A DNA stretch of 51,647 nucleotides from a virus (Duplodnaviria > Caudoviricetes). Shown here one piece after another: positions 19,501 to 28,329 of this stretch. A program made the position numbers and the translations under genes. How positions within the stretch are numbered: position 1 is the first letter of the stretch; each line of letters opens with the position of its first letter. The notes under the pieces are model-generated. The model did no database searches and had not been told where the DNA came from. It saw only the letters and a list, made by a program, of their open reading frames with translations. The stretch covers positions 1 through 51,647 of the IMG/VR virus record IMGVR_UViG_3300025978_000007; one strand, given 5' to 3'.

Positions 19501-21558
19501 TAGCCCATCTTTATTTAATGCAGTTTCAAGTTTCATATTCCCAAAAACCTGTGGCATTAATTTTTGAAGTTGGGATAATGCATTTTGTTTCATATTTATG
19601 GAAGAAGTTTCCTGTTCCATAGTATTGATCAAATCACTCGCAGCAGATGTTTGCTTTTGTTGGTCGTCCTTTATCTTATTGATAGTCTTATCATATTCCT
19701 GTTGGGCTTTAGTTGCATCATCTACTGCTTGCGAACATTTGTAAAGAACATAAATAACACCAGCAATAGCAGCAGCAATCAATGCAAACTCATTGGCTTT
19801 CATAAACGCACTTAGTTTCATCCATGCGTTACCCAAAACTCCCGTTGCAATAGCTCCTGCTCCTTTTGCAGCAGTATTTCCCTCTTCTACTGCTGTATTC
19901 ATAGTAGTAGCAATAGTATTCTCGGTCTGTTTAGCACTACTCAACTCTAGTTGTGCTTTATTTAATGATTCGGCTGCTGTATTTTTATCTGTTTCGAGTG
20001 TATTCAACTCTTTCTGTGCACTATTTAAAGAAACCTGTGCAGTTTCCACTTCGGTTGCGCTCCCGTTTGCTACAGACGCCTCTACCTCTAGTTCTTTGGC
20101 TGCTACATTCTTTTGAGAATCAGCAATCAATATTTCTTTCTCGGCAATAAGTTCAGTATTCCTTGTTATCTCTGCTTCTGCTCCAGCAACAGCTATACTT
20201 GATTTCCTTAATTCCAAAGCTAGTTCTTTCTCTAACTCTCTTTGATAAGCAACAGATCCTTCAATTAATTCTGCTTTAGATGCTTGTTCTTTCCATTCAG
20301 GAGAAACAACACTAACAGCCGATTTGGTATAAGCACCTGCATAAGCGACTTCACTCCCCTTGCTCATTGCGCTAACTGCAATTTGTGAAGCCTTATATGC
20401 CCCGGCTACCACAATTACCTCTTTAATAGTATCAGCTACTTTCTGCCAATTACCTATTAAAGAAGAAGTCATTTCGATACCGCTATTCATTATACCCTCA
20501 TTGGCATCACCTATTTGGTCTAAGGCTACTTTCCATTTATCCTCTAAGTTGGATAATTTTCCATAAGTAGTTTGTGCGATTTTATCTGACATACCGTAGT
20601 ATCTACCTCCTGCGGCAGACATACTTTGTAATGCTTTCTCTAGTTGAGGGAATCCCACTTGACCTGACTTAACCATCTTAAGCAGTTGCTCGTTATTTAC
20701 ACCTAACTCTTTAGATAAAGCCTGATAGATAGGTATTCCGCGTGTGGCGAACTGGTATAACTCACGTTGATAAACTCTTCCACGCGTCATTGAGGTACCA
20801 TATAAGTAAGTCAAATCCTCAATCCTTTGTCCTGAACCTGATGCAATGTTTGATAGCATTTCAAGAGTTCCCATGACATTTTTGGCATTTACTCCATAAG
20901 AAAGTAATTCCTTTGACGACTTTGTGATGTCAAGAAGTTGGAATGGTGAACGTACCGCAAAAGAAGTGATATCGTTAAATAACTCTTTTGATTTCTCTGC
21001 GTTATTGACAAACGCATCAATGCCGGCACGTAATTGGTCAAATTCTCCTTTCGTCTTTACGACATTGACAGCAAAGTTTCTAGCCCAATCGATAGATCCA
21101 TAAACCAACATGTAGCTTACTCCACGTTTGAATATACGTTCCAAATACCCCATTTCATTATCTGCCTGTTGCACACTGTTATGTATGTTCCTAACAGTAG
21201 ATGCTAGCGGATTTGATTCGGGGACTGAAGGTATCTTTGATGCGGATGTTTTTATCTTATTCATTGCCTTATCATACTGATAGGCTAGATTGGATAACTT
21301 ACCTATTTCCGAATCAATAACTTTTCCCAGATCAGCTATTTGTTTCCTGACTGATTCGAATGTACCGGAATCAACAGGATTAGTAAATTTGAAATTGCTT
21401 TTTTCTTTTAATTGGGCATACTGATTTTCTATCTTTTGAAGTTCTGCCATAACTCCCGAAGAGAGTTGCTTGAATATCTGCAAAGCTTTTTCTTTGTCAG
21501 CACTCAATCCCGAATTATCTATACCTGTAGCCCAAAAGAGCTGATCTTGGCTTGCCAT
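16543..21558 (-). CDS. Tail tape measure protein
   Basis: 1671 aa helical; tape-measure domain (FAVRSPFQL...ELYQFATRGIPIY). Confidence 0.95.
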   Translation of the reverse strand: MASQDQLFWATGIDNSGLSADKEKALQIFKQLSSGVMAELQKIENQYAQLKEKSNFKFTNPVDSGTFESVRKQIADLGKVIDSEIGKLSNLAYQYDKAMNKIKTSASKIPSVPESNPLASTVRNIHNSVQQADNEMGYLERIFKRGVSYMLVYGSIDWARNFAVNVVKTKGEFDQLRAGIDAFVNNAEKSKELFNDITSFAVRSPFQLLDITKSSKELLSYGVNAKNVMGTLEMLSNIASGSGQRIEDLTYLYGTSMTRGRVYQRELYQFATRGIPIYQALSKELGVNNEQLLKMVKSGQVGFPQLEKALQSMSAAGGRYYGMSDKIAQTTYGKLSNLEDKWKVALDQIGDANEGIMNSGIEMTSSLIGNWQKVADTIKEVIVVAGAYKASQIAVSAMSKGSEVAYAGAYTKSAVSVVSPEWKEQASKAELIEGSVAYQRELEKELALELRKSSIAVAGAEAEITRNTELIAEKEILIADSQKNVAAKELEVEASVANGSATEVETAQVSLNSAQKELNTLETDKNTAAESLNKAQLELSSAKQTENTIATTMNTAVEEGNTAAKGAGAIATGVLGNAWMKLSAFMKANEFALIAAAIAGVIYVLYKCSQAVDDATKAQQEYDKTINKIKDDQQKQTSAASDLINTMEQETSSINMKQNALSQLQKLMPQVFGNMKLETALNKDGLYWQKQVASQALYNADIQTRIAYFQAQRQVITTKSNLNDAKSSLEISNKNTQSYNPGMEAVVIKLESDLKIAQDYANKMSKMVLEINSNMRKASSAEANMPKNEDYWKKQVAYWQQKRSVIPSSSSGSTEWNHDLEMERKAQEELDKYEKSSQLDRKAKSAQTKAEREREQKNAFDSGVKTRKEQIRSNNKEITDYEAQAEQMRQEAYADSMDKGYIHDKQVIENEYNKKINDIDNEKDKILKLSQQNEKSEYLNTPVKQRGTYNPKIQTWNDVPEASKVGVNDATQAANDVRLAKEHQLQNELLRSYNDYTQQKQEIDRKYYADKQALEDVRSQYKEGSPEYGSMTSRIAQNEKERVLDQSNLSFKQVKETPTYQLAFDDLNKVSTQGLWNLMDMLKEYRKVAVEAYNPEDIKTYTEEINKVFDKLSKKDPFTVISKGNKDLVKAKQELKQSEDELVKAKKEYDDILAESITTPTLSYTPEEISTPKIKGKTKLSSTKDNTSTSTDKTTAAYNKLTAAQNKNAISGSKVVAIHKEIDTAEKTLTGALGDLGKSITSVGDSIGGVTGGIISLVGSISTTVTTAITGMDTASKAGSSTISTIEKASIILSVITTAIQLAEKVASLFSKESNFQKLEKQLTSLNKTLEGTVSLYKTLLETESGSASLTTGAAEIASIKEEVENYQALAKAKMEDSGTGHHSIEYKYGTISDIKATLAEGYSTSDLAQNNQDLLTFYNTLKDTYGISIDNITDLSTLTGEQLETLKTEDPEAWSRLDSTVTGYFDEIISDANSLQDTLNEIYASATGVDWSDLKDGLDDLLLSADTTMSDISDNFETYMRKAILNLVKTNYLSSALETWYTEFATDLNDDTLSADEAATLKDEYENIYTTASDKIDALLALADVSKTDTSSNTITSSFQSMSEDQADVLSAQFSAIRLNVSDILVSLKDNNNKIDLIASDISAIKGYTALIADIKSVVSDMYSKGVIAR

Positions 21559-21560
21559 AA

Positions 21561-21854
21561 TTATGTAAAATTAAATCCCGGCATACTTGCTACTTTTGGA
21601 TCAATCGACCCATCATTATTGCCGGTAGTTGTTTTATCTTTTTCCTTATCTTTGTCGTAAGAGTTCATGTCGTTGTATTCTTCATTCATTCGCATAATCT
21701 CCAAGAACGAACTATCCAGTACCTCTTGTTTGCTCATGTTGAATGTTGCCATACAACTAACGATCAATCTTTCCCAATTGTAGATTCGGAGGCTATTATT
21801 TCCTCCTTGCGGTTTAGGCTCATTCCTGTTGCCTGAATGATAGATTTTAAAAAA
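21561..21854 (-). CDS. Tail assembly chaperone, -1-frameshifted (gpGT-like) part
   Basis: -1 frame is open from slippery T TTT TTA (21848-21854) to the stop at 21561. Confidence 0.7.
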   Translation of the reverse strand, partial: FFKIYHSGNRNEPKPQGGNNSLRIYNWERLIVSCMATFNMSKQEVLDSSFLEIMRMNEEYNDMNSYDKDKEKDKTTTGNNDGSIDPKVASMPGFNFT

Positions 21855-22213
21855 GACTTTACTTGAATACGTTTTATCAAAGCAACAAACGTAATCAATA
21901 CTTCATCGGGAGTTAATTCTTTTGCATTTCCCTTACCTATCACTATTTCTATGATATTCATGAAAATAGGTAAGTATTTTTGAGTATATTTTAATGCCTC
22001 ATTAAAACTTCCTTCATCCGATATCTTAGATAGCTTATCTAACTCATCTTCTTTCTGTATAGCAATCAAATAAGGATTTATCTCTATCATTTGACCAATT
22101 GTCAAAGGATAGATTTTTATTTTATCATCATGTCCTTCGAGGGTGAAAGGCTTACGCAATATAGCCTGTTCCTCAAATCTTATAATGTCTTCCAAACTTT
22201 CCATAACAACCAT
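21764..22213 (-). CDS. Tail assembly chaperone (gpG-like)
   Basis: Between major tail and tape measure genes; IYPLTIGQ motif; start moved to ATG 22213. Confidence 0.8.
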   Translation of the reverse strand: MVVMESLEDIIRFEEQAILRKPFTLEGHDDKIKIYPLTIGQMIEINPYLIAIQKEDELDKLSKISDEGSFNEALKYTQKYLPIFMNIIEIVIGKGNAKELTPDEVLITFVALIKRIQVKSFLKSIIQATGMSLNRKEEIIASESTIGKD

Positions 22214-22220
22214 TTTTATT

Positions 22221-22252
22221 AAAAAGGGCAGTGGTTTACCACCATTGCCCCT
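22221..22252 (-). terminator. Intrinsic terminator after the major tail gene
   Basis: GGGCAATGGT-GGTAA-ACCACTGCCC-TTTTT on the minus strand. Confidence 0.75.
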
Positions 22253-22340
22253 TACTATTTTCACCTGTAATTATTCTGTCTCCGTCTTCAGTGACTATAT
22301 AATTGGAATCTTCATCGACTAGAAGATCCCAAATTAAAAA
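22236..22340 (-). CDS. Putative -1 frameshift extension of the major tail protein
   Basis: FLIWDLLVDEDSNYIVTEDGDRIITGENSKGQWW* in the -1 frame from GCT TTT TAA. Confidence 0.65.
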   Translation of the reverse strand, partial: FLIWDLLVDEDSNYIVTEDGDRIITGENSKGQWW

Positions 22341-22876
22341 GCCCCCTTAAAGTCAGCGATCTTCTTAGCTGCACTATTGTCTTGCAATAGAGTAAATACT
22401 ACCTGCAAAGGAATAGTTGCCTGATTGGCACCTACTGCGCCCGTCCATGATGCCGTAACCCTCGTATTGTATGCTGTTGCCGTAACAATTTTACCCATAT
22501 TGTTCAAACCTGTGATAAGAACATATTTGTTTGTTGGCACTGTAGCCGCACCTGCGATCAAAAAATCATCAGGGGTTGTTCCTGCTGCACCTGCTGTAAA
22601 TGTACCTTCTAAGAAGTCAGCCAAAGTATTCATATATGCTTGAGGAAGATCCACTGTAATCTTGTTAGATACAGGAGCCGTTCTCACCCTGAATGTTTGC
22701 TGTGTCAATTCATCTACCTCTTCAGTTGTTGAAGGAATAGGAAAATCGGGACTGAACTTACCATCCGCTACTATATTGATATTTTTCAATGTAGATGGTA
22801 TCGTCCCATCGGCTGTTGCATCCGCATATTGAATAGCAGATACAGAAACCATATTAAAAAATGCTGATGCACTCAT
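22334..22876 (-). CDS. Major tail tube protein
   Basis: Position, size and composition; start moved to MSASAFF. Confidence 0.8.
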   Translation of the reverse strand: MSASAFFNMVSVSAIQYADATADGTIPSTLKNINIVADGKFSPDFPIPSTTEEVDELTQQTFRVRTAPVSNKITVDLPQAYMNTLADFLEGTFTAGAAGTTPDDFLIAGAATVPTNKYVLITGLNNMGKIVTATAYNTRVTASWTGAVGANQATIPLQVVFTLLQDNSAAKKIADFKGAF

Positions 22877-22887
22877 AATTTTTATTT

Positions 22888-23253
22888 TTAATGCGTTATT
22901 GTTCTGAATGTAAATTCTGATACCGTCCAAGTATCATCTAAATTCAATGTATTCGTGTCCAATTTCTCGGTGACCGTTACCAATGAATCTTGTATGACCA
23001 AATCTTTTAAGGATGATCTAACTTGATCAAATAATGACTTAGCCGTCAAGAAATCAAACTCCGAATTCACTTTATTTATGTATAGATAAACGATAATATC
23101 GTTGACCGTATTGACATTGTTCTTTGATATAGGTATGCTGTTGATTACCAAACAATTCTCTTTTTTAGAGGTAGGTTTTAGCTCCTTGTAAATAGACAAT
23201 CCTATTGGCTTCAACTGTTGCTGTATCGCTGTATAAATGTCAAGTATGTTCAT
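22888..23253 (-). CDS. Tail terminator-like protein
   Basis: Synteny directly before the major tail gene. Confidence 0.65.
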   Translation of the reverse strand: MNILDIYTAIQQQLKPIGLSIYKELKPTSKKENCLVINSIPISKNNVNTVNDIIVYLYINKVNSEFDFLTAKSLFDQVRSSLKDLVIQDSLVTVTEKLDTNTLNLDDTWTVSEFTFRTITH

Positions 23254-23759
23254 TGTATTACTGTTTTAAGTACCTTGAATATCTCACTTGATGTTGGAGT
23301 GAAAGAATTTAATACTTTCTTCCCTCCTAATCCACCTCTTCCAAGCATGTGCTCTATATCTGTTTGTCCTGTTTCCACTGCATACGAATAAGGAGCTGCT
23401 GCAAAGACTATCCCTACAATACTATTTGCGGGAATAAATGTTCCATCAGGTAAGCTTTCTTTACCTAATATATAGGTTGAAAGAACATCTTTGTAATCTT
23501 CCAATCCACGTGTCGGGTCTGTTCCGTCTGAAGACATTGCACTCCATTCTTTTATTTCATTCCTATCTTTAAGGATCACTACACCAACGGAAGATTCAAG
23601 TTCACCTTTGTAGTTTTTGTAGGTATGTTTATTCTTTGCACGTCTAGCAAATGACAAACATTTTTTGTAAAGAATATTCACTACTTTATTTATATCTGAT
23701 TCGGTTCGTTTGTCGATCCGTTTAGATATGTTTTCTATCTTCCAAAGTTGTTTCATCAT
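23250..23759 (-). CDS. HK97 gp10-like tail completion protein
   Basis: YKNYKGELESSVG and AAPYSYAVE motifs. Confidence 0.7.
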   Translation of the reverse strand: MMKQLWKIENISKRIDKRTESDINKVVNILYKKCLSFARRAKNKHTYKNYKGELESSVGVVILKDRNEIKEWSAMSSDGTDPTRGLEDYKDVLSTYILGKESLPDGTFIPANSIVGIVFAAAPYSYAVETGQTDIEHMLGRGGLGGKKVLNSFTPTSSEIFKVLKTVIQ

Positions 23760-24049
23760 CCTTTTACATATATTTCAGTTCCGAACTTACCTAATACGGA
23801 AAGAGCTATACTCCCTTTGCTTCCATTGCATATAACATCCGTACCGATAGGAAATTCATAGGTCACTGACTTAGGAACGAATAACTGATAAGCAATAGGC
23901 ACATTACTACCTGCAACATTGATCGAAGTATTATTTACGTTCGGTTGATAGTCGCAAGCAAAAGATACCTCGGATGATCCTGTTATGTTATCATCTGAAT
24001 CTCTTGCGACTTGCGTCATTGTTGCTGTGTATGAATATCTGAATGCCAT
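23756..24049 (-). CDS. Head-closure protein
   Basis: Synteny; beta-rich 97 aa. Confidence 0.6.
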   Translation of the reverse strand: MAFRYSYTATMTQVARDSDDNITGSSEVSFACDYQPNVNNTSINVAGSNVPIAYQLFVPKSVTYEFPIGTDVICNGSKGSIALSVLGKFGTEIYVKG

Positions 24050-24348
24050 TAGAAACCACTCCCATATATTATAGTGTCCTGTTCAGGTTGGATGTAATCA
24101 ATGCCAAACTTATTTAATATTCCCAATCCCCTTTTCCGCAAACTCTTACGAGATGTTTCAGAGAGTGTTTCGGAAGTATCCAATTGTTTGTAGTCAATAT
24201 CATCAGCTCTTTCAATCATCCCTAATGCCATACTCACCTCTAACTTATCCGATAAGGTCGGATTAATAGAATACATGGATAGGATAAGGTTCCCCCTATC
24301 CTGATCATCCATGTAGTTCTGAAATGCTGAAAGGTTGGTATATGACAT
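24049..24348 (-). CDS. Head-tail adaptor
   Basis: Synteny after the capsid gene; helical 99 aa. Confidence 0.6.
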   Translation of the reverse strand: MSYTNLSAFQNYMDDQDRGNLILSMYSINPTLSDKLEVSMALGMIERADDIDYKQLDTSETLSETSRKSLRKRGLGILNKFGIDYIQPEQDTIIYGSGF

Positions 24349-24359
24349 GATAGTTATGA

Positions 24360-25514
24360 TTAATATAAAGCTGTACCAGTTGATGTGTCGTCTGTGACTA
24401 AGATAGCCATTGATTTACGGCAAGTAAGCATAGGAAGTCCACTTAAATCAGATTCAATACTCAACTCACCTTTTTTAGAAAGAACAGAAAGTAATACATT
24501 ACCTGCTGAAGTAGCATAGTTATAATCACTATCCGGCAATCTTTGTTCAGGTGACAAAGTATACATGTAATCTCCTAAGTTTGTTCCAATTGTGGCTGCC
24601 ACACGACCATCCAAGAATGCGTTATCGCTTTCCATAGGAGTGTCAATATCACCATTTGCACTTGCAATATCAATAACTGCATCAATTTCCGTAAGAGCCG
24701 GTATCTTATACTGACCCTCCAATTTGATATTTATATCATCAATAGAAGGAGCATCTGAACTCTTGATCTTCTTATTTCCTGTTGTAATATAGGTAGTCAA
24801 TGCGTTTTGTGTACTTGACTGTGCAAGAATTTTACGAACCTCATCAGGATTGATAGCTAAAGTATCTATTCTGATATGCAAGTCTTTCCAAACTCGATAA
24901 ACGAATGTACTTAAATCTTTCAATGCAGTTGCATTTGTTTCATCGCTCCAAACGTAAGGAACATGGTACTTCTTTACTTGAAAATCAATTGCAAAAGGAA
25001 TTTGGGATAAGTTTTTCGTCTTATCAATGGTAGCCGTACCATTACTCCACTCTTCGAATGCCAATTTATCCATAGTGGTTAAAGGCATACGAGCGATAGG
25101 ATCAAATTTTTTTCTTAACATCTGTGTACGTTGGTCAGTTAACTGATCAATGACAGTTTGATTTATCGCACCACCATTCGAGTTGGTCACATAATTAGAG
25201 ATATAATCTTCTAATTTCTGCAATTCTACCAATTCATCCGAAGTCATAGGGAATATATTACCAAAGTGAGGAAGTTGACCATACGTAAATGCAGGTTTAC
25301 TCGTATTGATAATTGGTTTCCCTGAATGACGATCAACAAGTGATGCCATAGGCACACGACCGATAGCTTTTTCTATTCCTTTCCAATCCTTTGTTTCATT
25401 GAAACGTGGAGTAAAGTACTTAGAATATTGAGGTTGCGTCATTAGCGGTTCAAGCATAGTAATCATTGCTTGAAACTTACCGCTATCTGTTACTAAATCT
25501 ATAAATGGTATCAT
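24360..25514 (-). CDS. Major capsid protein
   Basis: 384 aa after scaffold and decoration genes; lambda gpE-like layout (MASLV...P, W-S...AL-DL, GLP). Confidence 0.8.
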   Translation of the reverse strand: MIPFIDLVTDSGKFQAMITMLEPLMTQPQYSKYFTPRFNETKDWKGIEKAIGRVPMASLVDRHSGKPIINTSKPAFTYGQLPHFGNIFPMTSDELVELQKLEDYISNYVTNSNGGAINQTVIDQLTDQRTQMLRKKFDPIARMPLTTMDKLAFEEWSNGTATIDKTKNLSQIPFAIDFQVKKYHVPYVWSDETNATALKDLSTFVYRVWKDLHIRIDTLAINPDEVRKILAQSSTQNALTTYITTGNKKIKSSDAPSIDDINIKLEGQYKIPALTEIDAVIDIASANGDIDTPMESDNAFLDGRVAATIGTNLGDYMYTLSPEQRLPDSDYNYATSAGNVLLSVLSKKGELSIESDLSGLPMLTCRKSMAILVTDDTSTGTALY

Positions 25515-25525
25515 AGTTCTTTATT

Positions 25526-26116
25526 TTAATATAACAGGAATCTTCCTGTTGCGTTCAATATTCCAATCTGTTTAGCAGAAAGTGGAGCAGCGAAATAAGT
25601 AGTATCCACATCCTGAAATATCCATCCTACAGCGGTTATTCTCTCCCCACCTTCAACATTATGCACTCTCTCTCCTAAAAGAGCATTTGCAGAATATTTC
25701 AATGTAGGTGTCGCACCTGCTGCAACTGCATTTTCTAAAGATTGACCTGCTATAGCTCCATCACAAGCTGCTGATAATGTAAGAACATCATAAGCTGTAT
25801 TTGTTGTTACAATAGCATTAATAGTCACTGCTGTTCCTGATACATATACTGCATCACCAACTTGAAAAAAATGTCCTTTATTAACTTCGGGAGCACTAGA
25901 AGTACCTCCGATAATATCAGCATTTTTTACAACGACAGCAATACGTGTGGTAAGATCAACATACAAAGGTGTGCCTATAGGTAGATCCACTCCTGCATTC
26001 ACATTAAAAGGGGACGCAATGTAAGCACCACCATTTGATAGCGTACGTTGCATATTATAGTTCCAACAAGCTTTTTGTGGAGCTGTCCCATCAACTATAC
26101 CGAAATCTTTTGACAT
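25526..26116 (-). CDS. Head decoration protein
   Basis: LPIGTPL motif; between scaffold and capsid genes. Confidence 0.7.
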   Translation of the reverse strand: MSKDFGIVDGTAPQKACWNYNMQRTLSNGGAYIASPFNVNAGVDLPIGTPLYVDLTTRIAVVVKNADIIGGTSSAPEVNKGHFFQVGDAVYVSGTAVTINAIVTTNTAYDVLTLSAACDGAIAGQSLENAVAAGATPTLKYSANALLGERVHNVEGGERITAVGWIFQDVDTTYFAAPLSAKQIGILNATGRFLLY

Positions 26117-26118
26117 AA

Positions 26119-26778
26119 TTATTTCTTTTTATTGTTTTCTAGGATTCTTTTTATAGAATTATCCAAATCCTTATCGGTTACATCTTTGGACTTATGAGAA
26201 GGATCACCTGATCCAAAATCTTTAAATCCTCGTTTCGCCATTAAAGACTTGTAGGTGGCAACAGCTTTCTTTATGTCTTCTTCGGAAGAATCAATTTTCA
26301 ATGTAGCACGTACATATTTCTTATCTTCCGCTTCCAAACCTTTAGAATTCAAATCAAACAATTCCTCAAAAGACTTTTCTTTTTTGGTCTGTTCATTCTC
26401 TTTCTTTGAAGCCTCGAACTCTGCTTTGAGTTGATCAATCTCCGCTAACTTAGCCTTTATTTCCTCAGGAAGTTCTTTGGGTTTTTCTGGAGGATCTTTA
26501 GACTTATCCTTTTCCTCTAGTTTCTTCCTAGTTTCCGTACGAATCTTATCTGCAAGGGCTTGAAGACCCTTAGCGGTCGGCGTTGGATTTTTCAACTCAT
26601 TTTCTAACTCTTCTGTTGTATATTCCCTTAATGACTTTGGTTTATCCATAAATGTTTTGGCTTTACCAACCCACTTATTCAGATCCTCCTCTGTTTCAAA
26701 AGAAATCCCATCTCCGAGTGTTTCATCAATACCCTCAGCTTTGAGTTTACCGATTACTTGTTCTTTTTCTATTGCCAT
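26119..26778 (-). CDS. Capsid scaffolding protein
   Basis: Charged coiled coil between portal and capsid genes. Confidence 0.75.
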   Translation of the reverse strand: MAIEKEQVIGKLKAEGIDETLGDGISFETEEDLNKWVGKAKTFMDKPKSLREYTTEELENELKNPTPTAKGLQALADKIRTETRKKLEEKDKSKDPPEKPKELPEEIKAKLAEIDQLKAEFEASKKENEQTKKEKSFEELFDLNSKGLEAEDKKYVRATLKIDSSEEDIKKAVATYKSLMAKRGFKDFGSGDPSHKSKDVTDKDLDNSIKRILENNKKK

Positions 26779-26799
26779 TAGTATAAAAATTTTATATTA

Positions 26800-26830
26800 C
26801 AAATATATTATTTAATCTTAAACAAACAAA
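26800..26830 (-). promoter_or_regulatory. Bacteroidetes-type promoter for the head/tail operon
   Basis: TTTG-N19-TATATTTG. Confidence 0.75.
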
Positions 26831-26854
26831 ACTTTTGTTTATTTTTAATATCCA

Positions 26855-28327
26855 TTATCCTCCATTGACACCATTAGGATTAGGCAAACTATTATCAATT
26901 GGCTTAGTGGTAGTTGAGGCTGTTGCTTCTTGTTGTGTCACATCAAACTTTTCTTTAATAGCTTTTACCGTTGCAGGGTCATTGAAATCAATTTGACTTG
27001 CTGCACGTTCATACGTAGTCAAATGCGCACCAACTGCAACTGACAAAGTATTTATCAAATCATCAATTGAACTGGGAAGCAACGAATTATAGGTAAATGA
27101 TATATCCAAATTAAGGATATTTTCATCTTCAAGTATGACCGCCCCCATAGATTTAAGTATAGAGATGCATCTACGTATCATATCGTCCCATACAGCCTGT
27201 TTTTCTGCCATCTTGGCGAATACATGGGTAAACATAAGGGACATTGATTTGCTGCTTAAATTGCCCGATACCGCTTTAGTAAGCAACTCATATAAATCAG
27301 GATAAGTAAAACGATAAATATCTTTCTCGTTATTCTCCATTTCAAGTTTTACACTTTCGGGGGCACTGGATATTTCCAAATATTTCATATCTGCCGTTCC
27401 CGAAGTCGTACCTTCCAAGGAAGATCCCGAAGATTGTATCTCATAAATCTTTACCGCATCATTTATTTTTGGTTTGGTTGCCAATTTACCATGAACGACT
27501 AATGCCGGGTTACCAATTCTAACATTCACATCTGAATGTTGCGATCTAGCATAATCCTGCTTATCAATCAGATCGCGGACAAACCAATATTCGGGATAGT
27601 CCTGCTCAAAGTAAGCGAAAAGAAGTTTATCTTTTATAGGTGATTCCTTTGGATAACCTGCAACCAATTCAAGACCTTCATATCTGTACCATTTATCCTG
27701 CAAGTATAATTCGGTAGTATCTACATCCTGATATAGAACGCCATCTACTATTTTATCTCTAAGGTAACGAATAACAATGCAGTCCATCTTCCCATTTTCA
27801 TCCTTATGCCGGTATATCTCATATCCCTTACCGATAGATAAGACTTTGCCTTTTATCTTCTGTGATTCTTCATCATAAAAGAATTGAATGGCTGCACGCG
27901 TTTCAATACCTGTGATCTTAGCTACCTCCCGAAGCAACGTAATAATATTTGATTTATTCCAAACATTATCCATCCAATTTTGATAAGACTTGATATCCTT
28001 ATCTACGTCTGAGGTAAATACGATATTCAATCCTTTTCCCATAAGCCAAGAAGAGGCTGTCATAATTATTTGTTGCTGATAGGGTAAAGCCAAACGGGTA
28101 TGTGTCTTTTTGTGAGGTATCCATTCAGATTTATTCGTTTCAGGGTCAATCTCTTTCTCCTTTATCCATTCGTCCCTAAGTTCAGGATCATGCAAGATCT
28201 TATGGTCGTTATTATAGAATCGGATGCTCTTTCTAACGTCCCCTAAAGTAAGTCGACTTTGGTTCTTTTTCAATAGATTCAATTCTTGACCTATATCGTT
28301 CAGTGTTAATATCTCTTCTGCTTTCAT
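26855..28327 (-). CDS. Portal protein (SPP1 gp6-like)
   Basis: 490 aa after TerL; DLIDKQD...S, ISFTYNSLLP motifs. Confidence 0.85.
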   Translation of the reverse strand: MKAEEILTLNDIGQELNLLKKNQSRLTLGDVRKSIRFYNNDHKILHDPELRDEWIKEKEIDPETNKSEWIPHKKTHTRLALPYQQQIIMTASSWLMGKGLNIVFTSDVDKDIKSYQNWMDNVWNKSNIITLLREVAKITGIETRAAIQFFYDEESQKIKGKVLSIGKGYEIYRHKDENGKMDCIVIRYLRDKIVDGVLYQDVDTTELYLQDKWYRYEGLELVAGYPKESPIKDKLLFAYFEQDYPEYWFVRDLIDKQDYARSQHSDVNVRIGNPALVVHGKLATKPKINDAVKIYEIQSSGSSLEGTTSGTADMKYLEISSAPESVKLEMENNEKDIYRFTYPDLYELLTKAVSGNLSSKSMSLMFTHVFAKMAEKQAVWDDMIRRCISILKSMGAVILEDENILNLDISFTYNSLLPSSIDDLINTLSVAVGAHLTTYERAASQIDFNDPATVKAIKEKFDVTQQEATASTTTKPIDNSLPNPNGVNGG

Positions 28328-28329
28328 GA

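Noticed and set aside
16772-21660. Plus-strand ORFs inside the tape measure gene, and similar antisense ORFs elsewhere
   Set aside because: Antisense shadows with no initiation context or recognisable motifs.
21769-21775. Lambda-type GGGAAAG slippery site
   Set aside because: Read as GGG AAA G rather than G GGA AAG, so it is out of phase for canonical -1 slippage.
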